Notes under the pieces: generated by a model | The model's database searches: none | Told to the model about the DNA's origin: nothing | Seen by the model: only the letters and a program-made list of their open reading frames with translations | Source of the DNA: a virus | Taxonomy: Duplodnaviria; Caudoviricetes | Length of the DNA stretch: 64,000 nucleotides | Virus record (IMG/VR): IMGVR_UViG_3300011116_001229 | Reading direction: 5' to 3' (one strand) | In this document: positions 27,238 through 34,843 of the stretch, piece after piece | Position numbering within the stretch: the stretch's first letter is position 1 | Layout of the letters: each line of letters opens with the position of its first letter | Translations under genes and position numbers: made by a program

Positions 27238-28284
27238 ATGCCCACCCGTCGATTTAGTGCCTTAAGACCCAATGAGATGCGGGACGTCCTCGATGCTTTC
27301 TTGGGTTCACCCTCCCGGTCTCAGTTCACAGAGAAACTAGCCGGTCAGAATATGGCGCTCACTGTGCTACCCGGTGGTGAGGTGGAGTACGCGGGCAAGG
27401 GCGGCAAGACCACTATCGGTGGCGGCCTCTTTCCTCAGGTGACGCGTGCTCTACGTGATAATCATCCAGCGGTATCGAAACCGGTTTCTTACAGCTTCGA
27501 GGTCTTAAAGAAGACCGGCCGGTCTGACTTCATTGATTATCCCATAGACAAAGACTTTGCGGTGGTCGAACTAACGGGTCAATTAGATCAAGCTACAGCT
27601 GATCAACTGAACAGCGGGCAAGGTGCAGTTGCCTTTCTACCCAAAGAAGCGATCAAGAAGTCAGCTGCTGCTTACGTCAAAGAACCCGGAGACAAAGAAG
27701 CACTGCTTAAATTTAGGGATGAGCTCGCGTCAGGCAGGAAGCCTAGCAAAGAGAGGGCTGCTGAGATAGAGAGGCTCTTGATGTCAGTCGTGGACAGCGG
27801 CGGCGTGCCTTCAACCTTGGGTAGCGAACGGATCGAGGGTCTGTTTGGTCAGCTTGACGGTGGTACTTTTAAGATCCCATCTAAACAGTACGACGAACTG
27901 CAGAAAGATCAGTCAAGATTTGTGGCGATCGTTCGACGAGTACCCATGAAAGACATCGAGTCGCGCTTCCAGAATGCCGCTGATGATCCCGCTGCGGATC
28001 GCTTTGTCTCAGACGTCCTAGATTACGTCGACAAAATGGCCTCGGCAAAACTACCGAAGGGTTTTAGGACATTTTTCTCACCCACGGAGATGACAGGATT
28101 GAGCGGTCTAGCAGCAGCCTATCGCTCCGGTGACGCTGAGGCAGGGACGCAACTCGTCAAGCAATTCTTCAAGAGAGTCAACACAAAATCTGATTGGGTG
28201 TCTTCAGGAGTCCAAGAAGCTGCGATCATAAATGATCTAAGAAAATTGGTGAGAGAGCACCTCAAATCTCTAAGAAAACATTGA
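27238..28284 (+). CDS. Ligase-like (nucleotidyltransferase-fold) hypothetical protein
   Basis: FTEKLAGQN resembles ligase motif I (KxDG, here KLAG); YSFEVL and RIEGLF...GTFKI resemble motifs III and IV/V. Confidence 0.45.
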   Translation: MPTRRFSALRPNEMRDVLDAFLGSPSRSQFTEKLAGQNMALTVLPGGEVEYAGKGGKTTIGGGLFPQVTRALRDNHPAVSKPVSYSFEVLKKTGRSDFIDYPIDKDFAVVELTGQLDQATADQLNSGQGAVAFLPKEAIKKSAAAYVKEPGDKEALLKFRDELASGRKPSKERAAEIERLLMSVVDSGGVPSTLGSERIEGLFGQLDGGTFKIPSKQYDELQKDQSRFVAIVRRVPMKDIESRFQNAADDPAADRFVSDVLDYVDKMASAKLPKGFRTFFSPTEMTGLSGLAAAYRSGDAEAGTQLVKQFFKRVNTKSDWVSSGVQEAAIINDLRKLVREHLKSLRKH

Positions 28285-28351
28285 GTTAAATCGCGTTGTA
28301 ATTTTTTTAAACTTTAAGTTACTATATGCTGCATAGATATAATAAGGCTAT

Positions 28352-29839
28352 ATGGTAACGACAAAAAGCAGATTAACCAAGAGGTGCGCACTCGTCGTCG
28401 CCTCAGTGTTGTTCGCGTCCTACGGATGCGAGAGACCGAACCCTTATAAGCTTGCAGGCGACACTTCTGCAGTGTTTGAAGATTGTCCAACGCCCACTGT
28501 GAAGACGACTTCGTCCACCTCGTCAAGTGTTTCGTCTGCGGTTGCTACATCAACGGGAACCGGCGGTCAAGAGGTAAGCTCGGCCGCCACTGTGGGTCCA
28601 TCCGTGACGTCTACGGGGTCAGGTAATAATGAACCAAAAATTGAGCTGACAGAGCTTGACGAGAGAGAGCTAGATTATTCTGAAGCTCTTAGAACAGCTA
28701 GCATGCTCATCATTGGAGAACTACCCACTCTGACAGAGGTCTACGAGCTGGGCGATCTACCACCTGATCAGCAGAAGGTGAAGTACGAAGATCTAATCGA
28801 TAAGAAGTTATCAGATCCTCGATTTGCCGCGACCCTGGTGGAGTTCTTCAAGTACACGTTCAAGATGGGTGGAGCGTCTACTGTTGCAGGTGAACCGAAT
28901 CGTGACACGGCACCGACTTTTGCTGCGAAGGTGGTCTATGAAGAAAAAGATTGGCGCAACATTCTCGTTCAGCAAGCTAATACATGTCCTACTTTTAATC
29001 CTGCAAGTAACTCCTTTACTGATGGTAGCTGCAACAATCTTCCCGCGGGGATAAACCATTCAGGCATCCTCACCAACCCAGGCGTGCAGAGCCTGTACTT
29101 CGGTAACCTCTCTTTCCGCCGAAACCGATTCTTTCACGAGACGTTTCTCTGTCGCTCTGGTAACGAGCAAGCCGGCGGCGAACCAACAGATCAACCGCCT
29201 TCAGATGCACCATGCAGCGGTGTCAATCCGATTCCCGGTTACCAGAATAAATGGCCTGTCAATGAGATTGCGGGAACTTGCAATGGAGGACGTGTAGACT
29301 TTCATGCTTACAACAGCAGCAACGTGTGTGCCAACTGTCACGCCACGTGGAACCACCGCTCACCCCTCTTCAGCCAGTTCGACTCAAACGGCGTGTTTCA
29401 ACCCCTCACCGCGTCAGGTGAGTACTCAGTCTTTGTCCCTGTGACCGGTTCACCGCGCGCCAAGTTGAGCGATTGGTTGTGCGTCGGTCCAACCTGTCCA
29501 AATGGAGGCAGCAATTCAACAGCTTGGAAAAAGATTATGAAAGTCGACGGTGTTGAAGTTGCTGCATCTGCTTCCACGATCAACGAACTTGGACAGCAGA
29601 TGTCCAAGGATGACGAAGTGATCGAATGTGCTGTGAAGCGAACTTGGAATTATGCTATGGGTAGAGCAGACATCACAGAAATCGGTGGACGCTCTTGGGT
29701 AAGCTTACCGGATCGCAAAGACAAGAACCCAGAATTAGTCACCATGTCCAAGTTAGTTTCTCAGTTTAAGTCTAACGGATTCAACTTGAAGAAAGTTTTT
29801 AGGACAATTTTAACGTCAGATGATTTCACGAGGTTTTAA
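28352..29839 (+). CDS. Lipoprotein, DUF1549/DUF1585-like, with CxxCH motif
   Basis: Basic N-region, hydrophobic h-region, lipobox ASYG|C; T/S/G linker; LRTASMLIIGELPT...YEDLIDKKLSDPRF; CANCH; CAVKRTWNYAMGR...FKSNGFNLKKVFRTILTSDDF. Confidence 0.65.
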   Translation: MVTTKSRLTKRCALVVASVLFASYGCERPNPYKLAGDTSAVFEDCPTPTVKTTSSTSSSVSSAVATSTGTGGQEVSSAATVGPSVTSTGSGNNEPKIELTELDERELDYSEALRTASMLIIGELPTLTEVYELGDLPPDQQKVKYEDLIDKKLSDPRFAATLVEFFKYTFKMGGASTVAGEPNRDTAPTFAAKVVYEEKDWRNILVQQANTCPTFNPASNSFTDGSCNNLPAGINHSGILTNPGVQSLYFGNLSFRRNRFFHETFLCRSGNEQAGGEPTDQPPSDAPCSGVNPIPGYQNKWPVNEIAGTCNGGRVDFHAYNSSNVCANCHATWNHRSPLFSQFDSNGVFQPLTASGEYSVFVPVTGSPRAKLSDWLCVGPTCPNGGSNSTAWKKIMKVDGVEVAASASTINELGQQMSKDDEVIECAVKRTWNYAMGRADITEIGGRSWVSLPDRKDKNPELVTMSKLVSQFKSNGFNLKKVFRTILTSDDFTRF

Positions 29840-29840
29840 A

Positions 29841-30857
29841 ATGAAGAGAAAGTTCCTTCCGGGCATTGTTTTCTTAACTGCGTACGTATTCTCTTCAGCA
29901 TGTGGGTCAACAGCACCTGACATTGGTGAGAATTACTGCCCTGACGAAGAGATAGTCGTGACAGACTCTGTCACAGTTTCAGCTGTTTCTTCAACTTCAT
30001 CAACTGTTGCAACATCGGGTGCCGGAGGTGCGCCCGTAGATCAACCCGCTGCAACTTCTTCTGGGTCTGGCATGGAAGATCTTCCTCAGTATAATACACC
30101 AAATTTAGATGAGATAGTATCACGTTTGCACGGTTGCCATAAGCTTACCTACACCCAGATTGGTAATCTGCTAAGAGCGAGAGGTGTTGCAATTCCACCC
30201 GGCAATGTCTCCGACGTCAGAACTACGCAGGCGTCAATATTTGGAGTGACACAAACCCTTGGTTCAATTTTTGGCGGAAGCGGCTCAGCCTGCGAGATGG
30301 CAATCACCGACGCAAATGGCACAAATGATCCCATCTGTCCTTCAAATGAGTCTTGCTTCTGTAATCAAGATGACAAGATGAACCAGGTCAACAGAGGCTG
30401 TTTAGACGTCGGTAACAATTCTCCCGATGCTGCCGATGGATACTGTGTATCAAAGCCCTTTACAGCTGGTTTCTTGTATTTCACAGGCAAAGATGCCCTT
30501 GGTGTTCCGAAGCTTGATTCACGCCTTGGAGAAAAAGAAGAGCATACTACAGCCTCTGCTATGAAGTTAATGGACATATTTATTCAGGCTGCGCCACAGA
30601 TCATCGCAAATATTGGCGATTCTTCCAAAGCTCCGGCCTGCACCTTAAATGGTAAAAATATGCCGATGTTCGCTAATGACGGAAGCTGTGTTGAAGAGTC
30701 TGTGAGCTGTTTAATAGGCATGCCAGCCACAGACGATCACATGCTGTTGTGCAATCTTTTGATTCAAAAGGCAAAACAGGGTGACTCGTCAGATCTCATG
30801 AAGAAGAAGATAATTGCTGTCTCCGTTCTTCTCAGTGCTACTCATTCTTGTCAATAA
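29841..30857 (+). CDS. Cys-rich lipoprotein of myxobacterial type
   Basis: Start reassigned to ATG 29841 (GAGGT RBS, 1 nt after upstream stop); MKRKFLPGIVFLTAYVFSSA|C lipobox; S/T/G linker; many Cys; ends IAVSVLLSATHSCQ. Confidence 0.65.
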   Translation: MKRKFLPGIVFLTAYVFSSACGSTAPDIGENYCPDEEIVVTDSVTVSAVSSTSSTVATSGAGGAPVDQPAATSSGSGMEDLPQYNTPNLDEIVSRLHGCHKLTYTQIGNLLRARGVAIPPGNVSDVRTTQASIFGVTQTLGSIFGGSGSACEMAITDANGTNDPICPSNESCFCNQDDKMNQVNRGCLDVGNNSPDAADGYCVSKPFTAGFLYFTGKDALGVPKLDSRLGEKEEHTTASAMKLMDIFIQAAPQIIANIGDSSKAPACTLNGKNMPMFANDGSCVEESVSCLIGMPATDDHMLLCNLLIQKAKQGDSSDLMKKKIIAVSVLLSATHSCQ

Positions 30858-30874
30858 ACTAAAGGGTATCTAGA

Positions 30875-32476
30875 ATGGCTAATTGGAAACTCAAAGAACT
30901 TAGAGATGAAAGACGTCGAACGTTTCTTAAGATGTGCACAGTTGCAGCAGCTGCTGTAGGCATTGAGAGAAGCAAGTTACTAAATTTTCTTGCTGACGAG
31001 GGCGGATATGGTCTGGCCGAGGCGGCAGGTTCTACATACGGTCGTTCTTTATTAGTGCCGGCCCCAAACGGTTCACAAGCCTGGTTTCAAGAACTGTGGC
31101 CTGTCGCTGATGTCGGTTTCAAAGCATGCCAAAATGCCAATGTTCCTGGGCTATCTTCCAACTTTGGTGGATTCTCTTCCTATCTTTACACGTCTCAGTA
31201 CGGTTATAATCCTGCTAATGGATATCGAGGAACTTATGTGTGGGGTAAAGGTAATCCAATGCCTTCGCTTCCAATGGGCGTAAAAGGATGGGCAGGAGGA
31301 GATAGATCTTTCTTTTACGGTCCTGATGCGCCTTGGTTTGATCATGCTTTAGGCGTTCCGAAATACCCAGTGTCAGCTTTTATGTCTGGCAAAGATGAGA
31401 CGCACACCGAGTTTCCTATCTCGCAGGTTACCCTATCTGGAAATGCTTCAATGCAGGCAGCATTAGCATCACTTGGCGCAGCAGGGTCATCAGCAATAGT
31501 ACCAGTTCTTGGTATTGATCCTGTCAAATATGGAAGAGCACCCGGTGCACCAGAAGTTGCTACAGTTCCATCATCTGCGGGCATGATCGACCTCTTTAAT
31601 AGCTCAGCCAGCCAATTCACGCTAGCAAGCAAAATTGATCAAGATCTTTTTGAAGTCTACTATAAGGCCTTAGCAGGTTTAAGAAAATCTTCTGGCAGAT
31701 CTTCCTGGATTCCTCAGATGCAGATCACCAAGAATGCTGCAAGGATTATCGGTCTTAATTTTGCATCCCAGCTGACACCAACCAGTCAAGATCTTGCTGA
31801 TTTTGGAATTCAAGAGATGATCGATGGACTTAATGCTTCTTCTATGTACATGTCAGCTGCTCAGAGGAGAGGAATCGAAGAGTTTGGAAGAACTCTGATC
31901 GTGGTTGCTAAAGCATTCGCGCTCGGTCTATCCAAGACGGCAATTGTAGCTCTCTCACCCGGTCCGACTAGTGACACGACGTTTACGGATCCTCACGTTA
32001 CATTTGATAATATGACCTTGATGAACCAAGGCAGGAATACTACAAAGCATTTAGGCAAGGTCCTGAATGGCTTCTATAACTACCTGTCACAGCAGGTGGA
32101 CCCTGAAAGTCCAACAGAGAAGCTAGATCAGAGTACAGTATTCGTTGCATACGGCGATACACCACACACACCGCTGCAAGGTTCAACATGGCCCGATGCT
32201 ACTCCGGATGCCTGTAACTTCGTATATGTCATGGATCCCAAAGGAAACACAAAGAACGGATGGTTCGGTCATGTCTATGCGAATAAGATAGGCGGAAAGA
32301 ACGCAGTCGGTTTTAATCCAGCTACCGGAGCTGACGACGTTAGCAAGACATCAGAACAATGTTCAGCGTTTGCTTCTGCTGCGATTGTATATGCTGCCGC
32401 GAAGGGCGACGTTAACAAGACTGCCGAATATGGTGTGTCGCCAGGCATTGTTTCTGGATTAATTAATATAAAGTGA
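30875..32476 (+). CDS. Tat-exported DUF1501-like protein
   Basis: Twin-arginine signal ERRRTFLK plus hydrophobic stretch; FTDPH and LDQSTVFVAYGDTPHTP resemble the GGWDTH and LDDTLVVV.SEFGRTP motifs of DUF1501-type proteins. Confidence 0.6.
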   Translation: MANWKLKELRDERRRTFLKMCTVAAAAVGIERSKLLNFLADEGGYGLAEAAGSTYGRSLLVPAPNGSQAWFQELWPVADVGFKACQNANVPGLSSNFGGFSSYLYTSQYGYNPANGYRGTYVWGKGNPMPSLPMGVKGWAGGDRSFFYGPDAPWFDHALGVPKYPVSAFMSGKDETHTEFPISQVTLSGNASMQAALASLGAAGSSAIVPVLGIDPVKYGRAPGAPEVATVPSSAGMIDLFNSSASQFTLASKIDQDLFEVYYKALAGLRKSSGRSSWIPQMQITKNAARIIGLNFASQLTPTSQDLADFGIQEMIDGLNASSMYMSAAQRRGIEEFGRTLIVVAKAFALGLSKTAIVALSPGPTSDTTFTDPHVTFDNMTLMNQGRNTTKHLGKVLNGFYNYLSQQVDPESPTEKLDQSTVFVAYGDTPHTPLQGSTWPDATPDACNFVYVMDPKGNTKNGWFGHVYANKIGGKNAVGFNPATGADDVSKTSEQCSAFASAAIVYAAAKGDVNKTAEYGVSPGIVSGLINIK

Positions 32477-32483
32477 ATATTTA
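32477..32483 (+). promoter_or_regulatory. ATA-N-TTA candidate phage late promoter element
   Basis: ATATTTA 22 nt upstream of ATG 32506. Confidence 0.45.
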
Positions 32484-32505
32484 AATTTTTGAGGCTAAGG
32501 TAACA

Positions 32506-32811
32506 ATGTCAAAGATAACTGAAACACATCTTCGTAAAATTATTAGACAAGAGATTCTTCGTGAAGCTGAAGACTCGGCGTCTGCTGCAAAGGGTGAAAA
32601 AACAGACACAAAGGGTCAGCTCAATACTAAAGAGATAGCTAATCAATTAGACATGGATGAACAGACATTAAAAGCTGCAGTTCTCGCTGCTAAAAAGGGC
32701 GATGCTAGCAAGGGAGCAGCTCTTTTAGCATTTGTAAAAGCTTTGCTTGCAGCAGGCCCAGATGCTTCTAAGAAGGTTGGTATGCTGATGTCTAAGATTG
32801 AAGAAAAATAA
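32506..32811 (+). CDS. Hypothetical protein with KITETHLRKIIRQEILRE motif
   Basis: 101-aa A/K-rich ORF; GAGG/AAGGT RBS candidates. Confidence 0.7.
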   Translation: MSKITETHLRKIIRQEILREAEDSASAAKGEKTDTKGQLNTKEIANQLDMDEQTLKAAVLAAKKGDASKGAALLAFVKALLAAGPDASKKVGMLMSKIEEK

Positions 32812-32899
32812 TTACAAGATCAAGTTTTAAACATAGACATACCTCTGTCTTATTATAGAAGCATAGGAACCACTGGTTCTAATACTACAGAGGTAAATT

Positions 32900-33169
32900 A
32901 TGGCACGACGAAAGAATAAGAACGCACAGTCAACTAACCACAACTCCACAATCGTTACACGTCAAGATCGTACGGGTAAGTTTCGCACCGAGACAACTCG
33001 CAGAGACAGCGGTATCACTGTCGCAGTGAGCACTAATCCTCAGAGCGACTCAACGATGCTTTATGTTGACGCTCCAAATGGTGAATCTTTTCGCTTTGAT
33101 GGTCGAGAGGCCCGCACGATCTATCGTGCACTGCAGAAGCACTACAGATTCACCGAGAAGTCTTGGTGA
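32900..33169 (+). CDS. Small basic hypothetical protein
   Basis: 89 aa, R/K-rich, GAGGT RBS, followed by a terminator. Confidence 0.7.
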   Translation: MARRKNKNAQSTNHNSTIVTRQDRTGKFRTETTRRDSGITVAVSTNPQSDSTMLYVDAPNGESFRFDGREARTIYRALQKHYRFTEKSW

Positions 33170-33197
33170 GATTTAAGTCTGATCTAGACTAGATACG

Positions 33198-33222
33198 AGG
33201 CCTGCTCTTGCAGGCCTTTTTT
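33198..33222 (+). terminator. Intrinsic terminator
   Basis: Perfect 8-bp stem aggcctgc / gcaggcct, loop tctt, followed by ttttt. Confidence 0.85.
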
Positions 33223-33271
33223 GTTTCTGATTCTTGTAAACTATAGCGGCAGTCGTGTATATAATATCATC

Positions 33272-33577
33272 ATGCTAAATTTGACTCCAACTGAACTATT
33301 TTTTCTTTATGAGAATTTAACCAATTCAATCGTTACAGGATCGGAACAGCAAGAATTAAAAACCATGATTTTATCAAAAATTAAGTTTTCTCTTGTTGAG
33401 AAATTAGAATCACTTCAAGTAGAGACCAGCAAGTCAATGTATGAAGCTTGGAAGTCAAAAGAAGAGCAGAAGTTAAAGGATCTTTCTCAAAAGAACGAAG
33501 ATCTAAAAAACTCAGAACTAAATTCTTTACCTACCACATTAAAGAACAAGGTTCTTAAAAAGAAAGGTAAGCGTTAA
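33272..33577 (+). CDS. Hypothetical coiled-coil protein
   Basis: Track start TTG 33221 lies in the terminator; ATG 33272 (MLNLTPTELFF) is in frame and 6 nt after TATAAT (33260-33265). Confidence 0.6.
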   Translation: MLNLTPTELFFLYENLTNSIVTGSEQQELKTMILSKIKFSLVEKLESLQVETSKSMYEAWKSKEEQKLKDLSQKNEDLKNSELNSLPTTLKNKVLKKKGKR

Positions 33578-33756
33578 TGTCTGCATCAGCTGAAAGAATA
33601 TACTTGCAAATTGTAGAACTGGAATCTAGACTTCAAGAAGACAGGGCCGCAGGTAGAGACACTATTCTGCTTGAAGAACAGATTACATTTCTTAGAAAAG
33701 AGCTGAATAGCTTGACTGAGACTTTGTCTAGTCCCAACTTTGTTTTGAAAGGATAA
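33577..33756 (+). CDS. 59-aa coiled-coil hypothetical protein (missed by the ORF track)
   Basis: TAATG coupling with the upstream stop; MSASAERIYLQIVELESRLQEDRAAGRDTILLEEQITFLRKELNSLTETLSSPNFVLKG; TAA 1 nt before ATG 33758. Confidence 0.7.
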   Translation: MSASAERIYLQIVELESRLQEDRAAGRDTILLEEQITFLRKELNSLTETLSSPNFVLKG

Positions 33757-33757
33757 A

Positions 33758-33976
33758 ATGAATAAAGCTGATCTTTACCAACCAATTATTTCTGATAGAA
33801 CAGGTCCTGCACCTTTGACGCTGAGGACCATTGTGACGGTTCATCAAGATCACTTTGTGGGAGGTGTACCCGAATCCAGTCAAAAAGGCGAAGTTTATGT
33901 GCTTCTTTCAGCACTACCAAGAGAGCTACAAGAGAGAGTCAAAACTGCTGTGCAGGCTCTTATCTCTGGCATGTGA
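33758..33976 (+). CDS. Hypothetical protein
   Basis: 72 aa; AAGGA RBS; its stop abuts the endolysin stop on the opposite strand. Confidence 0.65.
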   Translation: MNKADLYQPIISDRTGPAPLTLRTIVTVHQDHFVGGVPESSQKGEVYVLLSALPRELQERVKTAVQALISGM

Positions 33977-34762
33977 TTATAAGATTTTAAATGCTTCAAA
34001 GTGCATACCATCTGGTCTATTAGGAAACCATCCACCCCAATAGAAACCATGGTCGTATGCAATTTTAACTAATTCTCTAACACTTCCATCATTGTTTTTT
34101 AGCGCAGGGACTGTTCCAAGCATATTCCATTGCACATTGATATCAAAAGCAGTTCCCCAAGAATGATTTGAAAGAGAAGTTCTCGAGCCTCTTATAAATC
34201 GAGGCACCCAAGAACCACCCCAGGACTTAAGCCTGTGTGAAAGACATGAACTTTCCCAGGCAGAAAATAGTGATAATATTTGATTTTCTAACAGTTTGTG
34301 AACCTGAATAGAGCTGTCTGACGGTGCGCCCTTTAAACCGCTTAATTGGCAAATTGTAATAGTGCTGATGTTATCTTTTGCCCATCCGTTCGTTATCTTT
34401 ATAGCTTCTGGGTTTGCAGCTGTAGGAGCTGCAATATAAGTAAACTCTCCAAATAGTCTTATCCTATCGACGGGAGAAAGTGAGCCATGGGATGGTTTTT
34501 GTGGCCAATTAGGACCGTCTTCATTTACTTGATCATCTGTCATTAAATTAAATCCAAGATTTAAAGCCGCAGCCACTGTCGCCGGACCAACTACTCCATC
34601 GTCTGTTAGCTTTGATTTACTTTGAAATTCTTTTGTTTCGTCATGTGTGGTCTGGCCGAACTGACCATCTACTATAACTGTACTGTTTTTCTTCCTGCCT
34701 CTCAAGAAGATCTGCCACTTTTCTACGTCGGGCCCGCTCGATCCAAATTTAATTATTTTCAT
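33977..34762 (-). CDS. Endolysin: peptidoglycan-binding domain + M15-family metallopeptidase
   Basis: FGSSGPDVEKWQIFL...DGQFG..T...KEFQ...DGVVGP PG-binding pattern; SNHSWGTAFDIN and DGMHFE Zn motifs; GAGGA RBS. Confidence 0.85.
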   Translation of the reverse strand: MKIIKFGSSGPDVEKWQIFLRGRKKNSTVIVDGQFGQTTHDETKEFQSKSKLTDDGVVGPATVAAALNLGFNLMTDDQVNEDGPNWPQKPSHGSLSPVDRIRLFGEFTYIAAPTAANPEAIKITNGWAKDNISTITICQLSGLKGAPSDSSIQVHKLLENQILSLFSAWESSCLSHRLKSWGGSWVPRFIRGSRTSLSNHSWGTAFDINVQWNMLGTVPALKNNDGSVRELVKIAYDHGFYWGGWFPNRPDGMHFEAFKIL

Positions 34763-34810
34763 GAGATCCTCTTGAAAGTTTTGTTTATTGATGATTACTG
34801 CTTTCTAATG

Positions 34811-34817
34811 ATATTTA
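34811..34817 (+). promoter_or_regulatory. ATA-N-TTA candidate phage late promoter element
   Basis: ATATTTA 26 nt upstream of ATG 34844 in the divergent intergenic region. Confidence 0.45.
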
Positions 34818-34843
34818 TACTCGCACTCGAGTCGAGATCTTAG

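Noticed and set aside
29820-29840. Track starts at 29820, 14935, 33221 and 46726
   Set aside because: Downstream ATGs (29841, 14950, 33272, 46714) fit RBS, signal peptide or gene coupling better.
28352-30857. Lipoproteins as spanins
   Set aside because: Far larger than o-spanins, no i-spanin partner, not next to the endolysin, and carry DUF-type domains.
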